A stretch of 64,000 nucleotides of DNA, taken from the NCBI GenBank assembly GCA_002104905.1, contig MCFE01000246.1, forward strand, positions 51,142-115,141, read 5' to 3'. Source of the stretch: Basidiobolus meristosporus CBS 931.73 (taxonomy: Eukaryota; Fungi; Basidiobolomycota). Made by a program: the position numbers and the translations under genes. Below the pieces are notes generated by a model that worked only from the letters and a program-made list of their open reading frames with translations, ran no database searches and was not told where the DNA came from. Positions 25,228 to 37,841 of this stretch are shown in pieces. Numbering within the stretch: position 1 is the first letter of the stretch; each line of letters begins with the position of its first letter.

Positions 25228-25698
25228 TCTAACAAACCACCAAGAGATGCAGTGATTGATTTACAGAACAATGGAGAAACCTGCCATAAGAGGAGAAGCA
25301 GGCTTGGTGTGAACACAATGTCTATCAATCATATAACCTCGACCGTATTTCCGTGCTTTTATATCGCCAAGGTCGGGCTCCCGATCAAGGATAGGAGCAA
25401 CCAGTCCAGTCAGGATATCCCGTCCCTTAGGGGTCGGCTCCTAGAACCCATCGGATGACACATGCTAGCCAGTTGTACTCCTTGATTTCCAGTTCATGGG
25501 AGATGATTGTTTCGATTGATTCGCAAAGAAGTAGTCACCCAAGAGCCCAAACAAACGAATCAGATGGGTGGATTGCGGGCGACGTCAACTTCAATTTCAC
25601 CCTCTATTCATTGGAAATTTGCTTAACCAACTTTCCCTACTCCACTCCACTAAACCCTTTTCCTATCCCTAACCCGAGCCTCAGCAACGTCCACCTCG

Positions 25699-26286
25699 AT
25701 GAGTGCGCAGACAGAACCTTCCACTAACACCCAATTAACCACACAGAACGGTAAAAAGAAAAAACTCAACCGGAAGCGGGAGGATGAGCAGGAGAACTCG
25801 GTCGGTGCGCTCCTGAATAACATGCTAGAGAACGGTCAGCTCACCTCGAAGCTTTACGAGCAAATGGGCTCGGCCAACGAGTACTTGAACGAACATACAA
25901 GCCTGCAGGTGCTCGTATACGGCACCTTCCTTCTCGGCCTGATCCCGACCATCATGTTCGGGGTGTACATATTCTCCACCTTCACCGCCCTGCTCGGCGC
26001 CGTCTTCCTAAGCTTTTGCGTCCTTCAAGGGATCATCTTTGGCTTCGGTCTGGCGATCCTGATCCCGGTTCTCTTGAGCTGCTTTGGGATCATGCTCTCC
26101 TTGGTCTCCGCGTACTACTTCGGCCGGTACGCTTATCAGGTCGGATGCCGAGTACAGTACTGGCTAGAGAATACGATCCAACCACCCACGTACCAGACCT
26201 CACGTTACCCCATCGATGGTAACCATCGCACCATACAGCATGCGGCAGTAATCTCTGAGGAAGAGCAGCCTCTGTCGGAACCATGA
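25699..26286 (+). CDS. Promethin/LDAF1 (Ldo16/45)-like lipid-droplet membrane protein
   Basis: 195 aa with a long hydrophobic block LLGLIPTIMFGVYIF...GFGLAILIPVLL flanked by polar termini. Confidence 0.65.
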   Translation: MSAQTEPSTNTQLTTQNGKKKKLNRKREDEQENSVGALLNNMLENGQLTSKLYEQMGSANEYLNEHTSLQVLVYGTFLLGLIPTIMFGVYIFSTFTALLGAVFLSFCVLQGIIFGFGLAILIPVLLSCFGIMLSLVSAYYFGRYAYQVGCRVQYWLENTIQPPTYQTSRYPIDGNHRTIQHAAVISEEEQPLSEP

Positions 26287-26389
26287 CTTCATCAGCTGGC
26301 CACATGGCAAAAGGCACTCTCGTCGTAAAACCCACTTTATTGGCCCAAAGAAAGAGGCCGTTGTATGCATGTATCCCATAAATAAAGAA

Positions 26390-27679
26390 TCAAAGAAAGC
26401 CGCAGCCCCTCAGGTTGGTCTGAATCACGATGTCATTCACGGCCGCCATCACAAAGCTCATTTGTTGAGTATCGGTGGCGCATGTCAAATGTGCGTACAC
26501 TTGTTTGGCATCCGACTTGTTCAATGCCTGGAATCGCTGGATGAGATACTGGGTGGCGGCATCGAAGTCCTCGCCACCTGAAACGGATTAGTTACGGGGA
26601 TTGGGCGGGGATGGAACAGAAGTACCTTCGAAGTCGGGGAAGTAGTCGCTCATTGGCGAGATGGGTAGCTTCTCCCTAAGGAGATCAATCTTGTTCAAGA
26701 ACAAAATAATCGACGTTTTGACAAACCAGCGGGAGTTGCAAATCGAATCGAACAACGTCAGCGCCTCTTGCATTCGGTTCTACAGCAGCAGAAGATGGTT
26801 TAGCGGGGCCCACTGACAGCTGACCGTAGCACATACCACAGTGTCATCCTCGATCAGCGACTGGTCATACTCGCTGACGGCAACCATGAAGATAATGGCC
26901 ATGACATCCTCAAAGCAATGGATCCATTTCTTGCGCTCTGAACGCTGTCCTCCCACGTCGAGTAGTCGATAGATCACGCTCCCAACCACGAAGGATGTTT
27001 CGGTGATCCCGGTGGTTTTCACTCTGGATCGCAGTATGTCTTGATCGTTGGGGATGTAATCTGGCTGCCCGATGCGCTCTATGCATTCGAAATAGCTAAT
27101 GTAGAGAGACTCAGTGATGGGGGCAGTGCCACGGTTAGGGAGCAGGAGCCTTACTATATTGCCGAGTCGTTGAGTTGAAACTCCCGCGATCTGCTGAAGC
27201 AATTCTGGATTCCCCGGTCGTTCCACAGATATCGAATGGCTTCAGTGACCCCAGGGGCCAGCCTTTCCCCTTCGATCTGGTCTGGAAGTGCGACGATGGT
27301 GCTGGCAAAGGGGTGGTTTCCGTTGTCTCCTAAGACTATCCCCATTAGCCTCATAGCCTCTAGGATAGCTTTCATCGATTGCGTGGCATTCGTGAATATC
27401 ACCGAACGAAACGCCAGTCTTTCTTCATCGGTGTAGCCTCCTTCGTGGATCAGCTTCATCTGCTTTACCACCGTACTCTTGCCTGACTCCCCGGCCCCTG
27501 GACAGCATTGTGTTAGTTGGCACTGGGGTGGTGGTGGTGGTGCTGAACACAGGCAACTTACCCAGCAAAAGCATCTTCACCTCATTCTTGTGTGCCCAGC
27601 TATCCTGCTTGATCTGGTTTTCGATCTCTTGGTGCTTGAGTTTGCTCTCTAGGTCTTCGCTGCTTACACAACACCCCAT
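26390..27679 (-). CDS. Heterotrimeric G-protein alpha subunit, fungal group I (Gi-like), spliced
   Basis: MGC start, [42 protein letters not shown] and C-terminal CGFL. Confidence 0.96.
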
Positions 27680-28395
27680 TGAGACAGGAATACGATCGGA
27701 AATGGGATTAGGCGGGGAGCACTGTGGTATTTAAATGTTAACTCATGCCACATAGCCAGAAGGCATCAATCGACTGCCGCCTTCACTCCTGATTTTCAGG
27801 ATCAATGCTAATGGTTGTTCGAGCTACCACGAGTCTTATAATTGAAACTACCTGGTTGTCCATCGATGAAATAGTCCAATCCACTCCGATCAAGTAGAGT
27901 TGGATACTGCCGTATCTTGCCCCCCCTCAACCCTAGCCCTAGCCATACTCCACTCCCCTTGGCCGAACCCTAACCCAGCTGGAGGATGGCATCTGGCAAC
28001 TCCAGTCCAGAAACCTGTAGATAAAGCAGGAGTCACGGTCATTCGATGGACCATTGAGATGCATCTCACCAAGCGGAGGCTTAGAGGAAGAATATGCTGC
28101 ACACTCGGGGCATTTCACTTGTATCGCAGGTTGCCCCACAAGTGAGGGGGGAGTGGGATTGCAAATGATCTTAGGAAGAGAGTGAATTACGGCGCCCGAG
28201 CATCGCTCGATTATTCCCACCAGATATGCAACCCGCCGATGCATTATTCTGGGTCATTCTCCTTGTGGTCCTGGGCATTGTTCCGCATCCGATGTACATG
28301 GGCGAAAATATCGCGAGGCTGCATGCGCTCGTCCATAAAAGTGGGCGAACCATCCTCTCTCAGCCCAAGAAAACCCCCGCTCTCTTAGAAGCCAC

Positions 28396-29708
28396 ATGCT
28401 AGTCTTTAGAAGTAATTGGCTGCTGTCCCTGATCACGGCCATTTCCTATGCCACCGCAGTTGTATCCCAGTGCTCCAACATCGCGGTGAGAAAGGAGATC
28501 CGCGAACTAAGTGTCCAGGAAAGACTGGACTTCATCAATGCCGTGCTCGCCATTAACATCGCGAACCAGACCCAGGAAAGAGATCAGCTGTCCACATACG
28601 CCACCTTATCCCAGATCCATGTGGATTATTTCAGTGAAGCCCACGGAACAGCCGCGTTCTTTCCCTGGCACCGCAAGTACCTTCGCGACTTTGAGATGGA
28701 ACTCCAGAAGGTCAATCCCAACGTGGTTATTCCGTACTGGGTACATGAGTGATTCTCTATCGTCTGCTCCCTCTGTCGTTGCATGCTAACCACCCATCCC
28801 CCCCCTCACAGGACTGGAGCTTAGACTCCCAGAACCCCGCGGGTAGTGAAGTCTTCACGGCCAGCTTTTTCGGCGGCAACGGAGGAGGCAACAACTCGTG
28901 CGTCTCCACCGGGCCATTTAGAAACTGGGAAGTGCAGATTCCCTTTAGACACTGCCTCCAACGTAGATTCAATCGTGGCGGGGGCCGGATCTCTCCGTTC
29001 TATTCACCGGAGGCACTGGCGGCGATCGTCCGCAACTCGAAAAATTACGCCGACCTGGCCGATCAAATCGAATCCCCCCCGCATGGCACTGTTCATGTGG
29101 GTGTGGGCGGGGATATGTCCCGCGCGCACAGCTCCAATGAGTAAGTGGCATTCCCAGGCTCATTCGTCGAGGAGATTTTCGTCTAACATGACTTCTGCAG
29201 CCCACTATTCTGGCTCCACCACGCGTTCGTCGACAAAATCTGGGCCGATTGGCAGGCGATGAACCCTTCCAAGGCCTACAGCTATGGCGGGATCAACGTC
29301 CACGGGGAAGAGGCGCAGTTGGACGACGTGATGAACCCGTTCAACACACAGGTATACACCGCGATGTCGACCACGTCGAACGGGTTCTGCTACCGCTACT
29401 CAAATAGCCACCGGACTCGCCAGAAACGGCAGACGGAGCCCATCGAAAGCACCCCAGACTATGATCTGGTGATCCCCGACCCATTGCCAGAGGAGCATAT
29501 CATGATGAACCACGGGGACGCAGCGGCTGTACGTGCAAAGGAGGCGCGCCTGGCGGAGGTGGTGGCATTCTACAATCTACTGCCCAACTATGTATCCCCA
29601 GTGGCGCCGGCCAGACGCCAGGAAACCATGCGGAAGCTCATCCGCGGGGAACTTGGAAATCTGCTGAGGAAGATCCCCGCCATGGATATCCGCAAAATCT
29701 CGAAATAA
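28396..29708 (+). CDS. Secreted tyrosinase-family di-copper protein (spliced)
   Basis: Signal peptide, VRKEIREL, AHGTAAFFPWHR (CuA), PYW-DWS, PHGTVHVGVGGDM and DPLFWLHHAFVD (CuB). Confidence 0.93.
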
Positions 29709-29872
29709 TCCTATCCAAGTAGAAATGACCCACGCGTTCCCCTCATCTCACTTATTTATCAGGAAATTCGGAATAAATGAGCCAAAGTTGGTTTATTATT
29801 GATGGGTTTGGATGGAGCATGGTCTCTGCGTGGGTTATGTACAGTGGTGACGGTGGGTGGGCAGGAGAGCAC

Positions 29873-30196
29873 TCAGGTGGCCTCCTTTAAGAAGGCAATA
29901 ATGTCGGCACGTAGCTGTGGCTTCTTGAACCCAGCGAATACCATCCTGGTCCCCGGTATGTAGACCTTGGGATTCTCCAGAAACTCGTCCAGTGTTTCTT
30001 CGGACCAGACGACATTCTTGTCGGCAAGCGCTTGCGTGGCGGTGGGACCGGTTAACGTCCCCGCTCGCTTTCCAAACAAACCGTGGAGATTGGGGCCCGA
30101 CTTGTAGCCACCACCCGGGTCGACGGTATGGCATAGTGCGCACCGGGTACGATACAAACGTGCGCCACTGCTTGGGTTCCCCTTAGGTAAAGTCAT
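29873..30196 (-). CDS. CYC1: Cytochrome c (divergent isoform, intronless)
   Basis: CALCH heme motif, GPNLHGLFG, and NPKVYIPGTRMVFAG containing the axial Met. Confidence 0.93.
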   Translation of the reverse strand: MTLPKGNPSSGARLYRTRCALCHTVDPGGGYKSGPNLHGLFGKRAGTLTGPTATQALADKNVVWSEETLDEFLENPKVYIPGTRMVFAGFKKPQLRADIIAFLKEAT

Positions 30197-30500
30197 TGGT
30201 GTCGTGTCGGTGCCGAGGGAAAGAAATATCCTCAGTAATTATAAAGACCGATGGCTTCCTACTGTGGCAGCTTATCGTCTTCGAGGCAAAGTTTTCTGAT
30301 TCGAGCCTAGACCCTTCACCCAATTGGTGTGGTGGCATTGGTGTGGTGGCATTGGAAATCAACTTGACTTAACCTCGATTGGGAATGTGGTTCATTTATT
30401 CAAGGGGGTTTTCATCACTTTAAATACAGATGTTGTTCCTCTAAATTACATATTATTGTGTTTGCCATGTACACTACTCCGACAAGGGAAAGCTGGTCGC

Positions 30501-31568
30501 TCAGTTCTCCCCCTCGACTTGCTTTCTGATGTGTGTGACGATATCCAAGAATGCTTTCGTGGCTGGCGATTCTGGATACTCCTCTACAAAGGACACCCCG
30601 TGGTCACATGACTTGCCGATTCTAGGATCAAGTGGAATCGAGCCAAGGTATGGAATGTCGCACTCTATGGCCATCTGTTTGGCACCACCGGTGGTCGGAG
30701 CAAAGATCATGGACTCTCCCTTGCAGCTGGGGCATACAAATCCGCTCATGTTCTCGACCACTCCAATGATTGGTAGATTCACTTTGCGGCAGAAGCTGAT
30801 CTCTTTACGTACATCCTGAAGCGCTACCTCTTGTGGGGTGGTGACCAACACGGCTCCCGTGATACCCGCCTCCTTGAGATACTGGGTGATGGAAAGATGC
30901 TCATCGGTGGTACCTGGTGGGGTGTCCACCAGAAGGAAGTCAAGCTCTCCCCAATCGACGTCCTTTAAAAATTGCTTGATCAGCCCGTTCTTCTTCGGAC
31001 CACGCCAGATAACAGCGTCGTCCGGGTTAGGAAGTAAAAAGCCGATCGACATGACCCCCAGGTTTTCCTGGACATAGACTGGCGACCAGCCGGAATTACT
31101 TTGGTGGATCTGCTCTCCCTCCAAGCCCATGACTTTCGGAATGGAAGGGCCACACACGTCGATATCGATCACGCCCACCTGGCACTCTTCGTCGCTGGCA
31201 AGGGCAAAGCCGAGCTGTGAGGTGAAGGTGCTTTTGCCAACACCGCCTTTTCCAGATAGAATCAACACCTTGTGCTTGACGTTGCTCAACCTTTCGGCGA
31301 TCTCAGCAATGGCTAGTGCAGTTTGATATCAACCAGTTAGAAAGGGCGCAAACAAGTATGGAGGTGCAAACAAACCTGGATCGGGGCCCTTGGGTGTAGT
31401 AGCACAAATGCTCTGGTTGGGACAGCCGGCGCAAGCACTGGCTTTTCCAGCTTCTTCACTCTCTGTACCCTATATAATAGTGGGTTAGTTACCAGTCAAC
31501 CGGGGGGAATCTGCAGAACAGCCACTTACTGGGCAATGCTGTGGCGCCTCGGCAGGCTTGGTAGACAT
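30501..31568 (-). CDS. NBP35: Cytosolic Fe-S cluster assembly P-loop NTPase Nbp35/NUBP1
   Basis: N-terminal [16 protein letters not shown] cluster motif over short exons, [20 protein letters not shown] and FVCPSC. Confidence 0.95.
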
Positions 31569-31927
31569 GCTGAAGTATACAACTCAATAGAGATGAAGAA
31601 AAGGTAGTTACAGGACTACGGATCCAGAAGGAAATATTTATGAAATTGCCGGACTGGTTGGAAGCTTCCACCCAGTTTGGATTAAAAATCATGATGACAA
31701 ATCGTATTCTCAACCATACATACATGTACTCTCAGATCCATCAAATCAAGCTGATATCTCCGCCGATTTCGAATCAAGACTGCATATGAGAATGTCGAAT
31801 TTCTACTTGTCACAGAAACTAGCACACTTGGTTTTTTATTCGACAAGATACAAATTACATCTGGGGTCATTAGGCGGAAGTTTATACATGAGAATTAAGA
31901 CTAGTGATAAAAAAGGTGGCACAGGCT

Positions 31928-34016
31928 TTACAATTGCGAATCTACATGGTATACAACTAGAGGAATTCCTATGATTGTTAACAAAAAAGTCGTCCACGAA
32001 GTATAACGGATCCACACCGAAAGCCTTTCGAGCCATACCTTGGGTCGCCTCATCCCTGGGGCTTGATTGTAAGGACTAGGCGCTTTGTCTGTATAGTACT
32101 GTTTGTAAACATCGGTAACTATCGCGTTAGTGATGCTTTCGTACGGAGTCAGATTGCCAGAGAGATTCATACACCAGAGTAATACGAAAATCAAAGTCAA
32201 CGACAGAGTGGGATCTTCGATCTCTTGAAGAAATGGCAAAACAAGTAGAAGCGTAGGGATTGAGCCAAACAATATGCTGGGTATCATCGTTATTAAGCAA
32301 AAAACCCAAGCAGTGGAATATACACTCCAATCATCAAAATGTAGTAGCGGCTCAAGCAGCCCCCATACAGACCGCGGGATGGGTGTGGCCAAGAAGCCTC
32401 TTGAAAGAACAAAGACGCCACAAAGATAGCATAAGAAAATCCAGCTTTGTCGGCACAGGGATGCTGCCGCTGCATTTCCATCAATGAAGACGAGTAGAGT
32501 TGCTGTGGTAAAATAAGTCCACCCTGGGTTGAAGTTTAGGACCATTGCGGTGTACATGATCATTAACAAAATACCAAGTCTGAAGCCTCCAGAATGTGAC
32601 CTCCACAACCCACCTATCCCGCCCAACGCATTCTGATATAGGGTGATCCGAGTTCTCCCGTAGGATCGTGGAGAACGCGCTAATCTGCTTGAATGGGCAG
32701 AGGCTGGAGAAGTGTTGCCACCGTAGAAGACGGGCTCACCTACACACGGCTGCCGCAAAGGGATCTGTAGCTTTGGGACAGGAGAAGGTTTGTGCACCGG
32801 AACCGGTCCAGGCGACCGCAGCTCCGCAGGATGCACTTGAATTGACGATTCCGACGATTTGATATTTTGAGCACACTCATGTGAAGTCCGTACCAACTCT
32901 GTTTTTCTTGAGCCGTCAGTTTCAAATAGAGGAGTGGCTGGGGGAGTTTTTGGACAGAATTGAATGGGCGATATGCTCTCCGGAGAGGTGCTGAAATTCG
33001 AACAGTAGATTGGAGTTGGCTCAGCTCCAATCGTTGTTGGGATTTCAAAGTCTTGTTCGTTGGTTTGGCATTCAAGGCTGTCATAGCTAATGAGGCAATC
33101 AGACTTGGTTGCTCCATATGTTATAGGTTGTGTGATTGCGACAATCAACCCTTTTGATTGATGGTGCGGCTCAACGCCTTGGGTGATCTTGGCGTACTCA
33201 TCAACGACTAATTGATAATCCACAGTCCCACTAATCTGTGAATTGCCGGCTACTTCCATGTGACGATAGTAAACCCAGTAGAGGCAGAGGGTGTTTAAAA
33301 AAAGCCCGCACGTGGCTGGGATACCCATGACTAAAGCGTACTCGACGAACGAGAAACGACGAACAGCCTCGTATACAATCATGTTGAGAGGGGATCCAAG
33401 AATAGTCGCAACTGACCCGATATTCACTGAGGTGGCCTAAAGGGGAAATGGTTACACATCAACCCTCTGCGAAAAGTGTTCACTGAAAAATACTTGCAAG
33501 TGCCAAACCGAACGGATGTAAATGTAGGCCGTGGTCATTGCAAATACTAAAGACAACCTCGGAGAGAACAGTAAGAGCACCTCCAGTCAAAAGGAATGCC
33601 CCTACCAACCCTGAAATCAGGGAGACCTTGACCAAGAAAAACCCTGTCGATGGTGAACCCCAGAGCAAAAATCGCCGGATATATCGTCGGAGACCCTGCG
33701 ACCACAAGTGGAGTTAGGCTATGGCACAGTTAGGAATGGTACAGTATCCTCCAAAAATACCCACCTTTTCTTTGAGTTTGTTGAAAATAATGGTCGAACT
33801 GGCGTACAAAAGCAGTGTGCTTCCGTAGAGACTAAGGAAGGCCTGTTTCGAGGAGATAACGTCGAACATAACCATGGATATGCCGCCGAGAAAAACGAGG
33901 CAGGACCTTCCTTGACTGGAAAACGGCTTTGTGTATGGTAAAGAGAAACATAGGCAACAAATACCCGTAACTAGATATGTCTTAAAAGAGGAATATTCAT
34001 GTTGTGGCTCAACCAT
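31928..34016 (-). CDS. ArsB/NhaD/CitMHS-superfamily transporter, Lsi2-like (spliced)
   Basis: N-terminal GRSCLVFLGGISMVMFDVIS..AF, first signature NIGSVATILGSPLNMIV, second signature NLSGNLTPYESITNAIV, many TM helices and a long polar central loop. Confidence 0.75.
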
Positions 34017-34578
34017 AACAAACAATAACTGTGAAGCGAGTTGGCAGGATATTTCTAATTTTATATCATTGATGGTCTGAATCCAGTGGCCGCTAGCATC
34101 ATCGTTTTTGACCGAGAACTTGATCTAGAAAAGTGATGTGGTCACTTGATACGGTATTCACTTGAGAGCATATACATTAGGATGGATTCCTGTACAATTC
34201 TATATATATATATACTGGGATTCCATTGATGTAATGCTGATCGGCCACACTGATGGAACATGACTCAGCAGAGCATGTTATGCGTATACCAATGTGTTTC
34301 CCAAGCATAATAAACCCAGAGTCAGCATGACTCCAATATACCAGACTCCAGATACGTGTTTAAATGCTTTTATTACTGGTGAAGTGAGTGGAAAATAAAC
34401 AGAATGAATACTTGGTTTTAGGAACGGAGAAGCGTGGGTAATCATGAGACTTCTCCGAATATGGCAGCCATCTGCACTTGAAAGTGAAAGGGAGGGTGAG
34501 GGTGAGGATGAGGGTGAGAGATATGGAGTGGGAGTCATAGGCCCAGAGTGATCTATGTTGCAACAATGATAGAAATGC

Positions 34579-36640
34579 TTAATAAACACGGGCAACTGGA
34601 GGAACCGATTTACACTCCTCTTGGTCCAAGGTGTCGTAGGTGACGGCCCTGTACTTGAGGTCGATTTCACCGGTCTCTTGGTTTTGCCAGGTGAGGGTAT
34701 GCTTCATCCAGTTCTTGTCATCACGCTCCTTGTAATCCTCACGAGCGTGAGCACCACGAGACTCCTTACGGTTGGCGGCAGAGTGCATGGTTTGGGCAGC
34801 GCAAGTCAACAAGTTCTGCAACTCGAGGGTCTCAACAAGGTCGGTGTTCCAGATCATGGAACGATCGGTGACCTTCACGTCAGAGAAGCTCTTGAAGACC
34901 TTGTCAATGTTGACGACACCTTGATCCAAACTCTCTTGAGTTCTGAATACGGCAGCGTCAGTCTGCATTACCTTTTGCATCTTAAGACGGATCTGGGCGG
35001 TAGGAGTGCTACCATCGGCATTTCTGAGTTTGTCTAGGTTCTCGATAGTCTTGAGACCGGCATCGGCAGACAAGGGCTTGTGTGGGGTTCCGGGCTCGAG
35101 GGTATCCTTGATGTGGAGAGCGCAAGCACGTCCGAAGACCACAATATCAAGAAGAGAGTTAGCTCCAAGACGGTTAGCTCCGTGCACGGAGACACAGGCA
35201 GCTTCACCGGCAGCATAAAGCCCAGGAACCACCTTGTCGTTTCCATTCTCGTCTTGGGTCAAGACTTCACCGGTGTATTTAGTGGGAATACCACCCATGT
35301 TGTAGTGGACAGTAGGGAGTACAGGAATAGGCTCCTTGGTGACGTCAACACCGGCAAAGATAGCGGCAGTCTCAGAAATACCAGGAAGACGCTCCTTCAA
35401 AACCTCAGCAGGCAAGTGAGACAATTGGAGGTAGATGTGGTCCTTATCAGGCCCAACACCTCTGCCTTCACGGATTTCCACGGTCATACTTCTAGAAACA
35501 ACGTCACGGGATGCCAAATCCTTAGCGGTAGGAGCATAACGTTCCATGAAACGTTCACCCTTGGAGTTCAACAAGTAACCGCCCTCACCACGAGATCCCT
35601 CAGTGATCAAACATCCGGCGCCGTAAATACCGGTAGGATGGAACTGGACGAACTCCAAATCTTGAAGAGGAAGTCCGGCTCTGGCAACCATGGCGTTACC
35701 ATCACCAGTACAGGTGTGGGCAGAGGTGCAAGAGAAGTAGGCTCTACCGTAACCGCCAGTGGCGAGAACGGTCTTGTGCGAACGGAAACGATGAAGGGTA
35801 CCGTCCTCCATGTTAAGAGCCATGACACCGCGGCATTCGCCATCCTCCATAATCAAGTCAAGGGCGAAGTACTCGATGAAGTAGTTGGTGTTGTGACGAA
35901 GAGATTGGCCATAAAGAGTGTGAAGAATAGAGTGACCAGTTCTGTCAGCGACGGCGGCGCAACGGTAGGCTTGACCACCCTTACCATACTTCAAGCTTTG
36001 GCCACCAAAGGCACGTTGGTAAATCTTGCCCTCCTCAGTTCTGGAGAAAGGTACACCATAGTGCTCAAGTTCAATGACGGTATTGGGAGCTTCACGGCAC
36101 ATATAATGAATGGCATCTTGGTCACCTAACCAATCACTTCCCTTCACTGTGTCATACATATGCCATCTCCAGTCATCTTCAGTCATGTTACCGAGAGCAG
36201 CATTGATACCACCCTGAGCAGCGACAGTATGAGATCTGGTAGGGAAAAGCTTACTGATACAGGCGGTGTTAAGACCGGCCTCAGCAAGACCAAAAGCGGC
36301 TCTTAAGCCAGCACCACCGGCACCAACAACCACAGCGTCGAACTCGTGGTCAATAACTGGATACTTGCTAGCAATAGATCCCTGTGGAGGATGCGGTTGT
36401 TAGAAAAACACTGGAAAGGAAAAGGAGGAGGAAAGAACGTTTACCTCAGCATACTTGGCTTTGAGAGGGTTGTTGGCAATAACCTGGAGAGCAGGCTTGC
36501 TAGTATGGAAGGAGCGGGCGACGGAGGACTTCACCTATTAAAAGCAATAGCTTGGGTTGAATATTGACGTAATCACTGGTACGAGCGAGTGACCATAGAC
36601 TTACCAAGTTTCTCGATTGTTGTGAAAGGTATCTTAACAT
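34579..36640 (-). CDS. SDH1: Succinate dehydrogenase flavoprotein subunit
   Basis: [22 protein letters not shown] (FAD His), QFHPTG, HYNMGG and [10 protein letters not shown]; presequence exons run up to the ATG at 36640. Confidence 0.98.
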
Positions 36641-37841
36641 TGTAAAGGTTTAGGAGAGAGAGAGAGAGAGAAATGCCAAAGGGAAAGAAGAGGCAAATGC
36701 CAATAAGTAAGAACCAGGTCTACCTTATGGTCAGTAACGTCTTAAAAGTAGACTTTCAGAAAACCAAAAATCGGATAGATCCGGGGTAGAGCGAAACATA
36801 CCTGTCGTGGGATGTATAAATTACACGGATCCGGGATCAACAGTATATTTAAATCGGCTGAATACTTGACAAGTGTCATTAGGGTTTAGGCAACAAATGA
36901 ATAAAAATGTATATATTTGAATTGGTTGCTGTCATCTGATACTGACTTCCAATCGACAACCCTTAACCTTTTACGATCCGTGTGAGAGGGCTAGATAGCA
37001 CCCACTCCCCATAATATGATCGGCCACACTTCGCAGCACAACAAACCCACTCAGGAGATCTTGAGCAATGCGAGTGAGAAGTCAACACGCAAGCGTCCGG
37101 GAGAAATCCGCCATTGGACACAACTTTACTGAAATTTAGCATGTTGATAGGCCGCATTTGTCGACGCGACCTCCTAACGCCAGCAAATCAAGGATCTGGG
37201 GATGCGATCCCCATGTAACCCGACAGGCAGTCAAGGATTCACCCCATCCCTCCATTCCCCCGTTCCCCAAAGCAAAATTTCGCATTCTGGACTGGCAAGC
37301 CCCCTACGAAATTCCCACATTTCATTCTCCCATCTGTCAGTGTGAATTTCCTGTGGATCAGCATTCCCCTTGGGGCCCCTCATGATTTTGCCGACTCATT
37401 GAAACCACTCGTCATACAAGCCTATCTGCTTCGGTTCTCACATGTCTGGTCTCTTCAAAGGGTGAGGAAGGAGTTCGGATTCTGGACAATGAGGAATTTA
37501 GCCGATGTGAGGTAAGACAGTGGCTTCCAAATTTGGATTTTTGACATGTGTGTACTACCCACCACCATCATGACCGACGTTGGGGGGCAGATTGACACCC
37601 CTCCAATTCGACTGATTAATCTTGCATCGATCAATCGATGCGCCCCTTGGGCAACTATCCAATCCTGACTAAATCCGTGCAAGTGTTTACAATTGTTGGC
37701 GTTGCATAAATCGCCTGTAAATATTGATGTTGCATTGGTAGCATGGGTGGTGGTGCGCCGCAGCCCATGATCCCATGCATCAATTAGTGAGGCCAGAGTG
37801 CCTTCTCTTACCCGCGTCTCTGTTCTCACAATAGCAGCACA

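Noticed and set aside
35080-36129. 349-aa plus-strand ORF
   Set aside because: Antisense shadow of the SDH1 coding exon.
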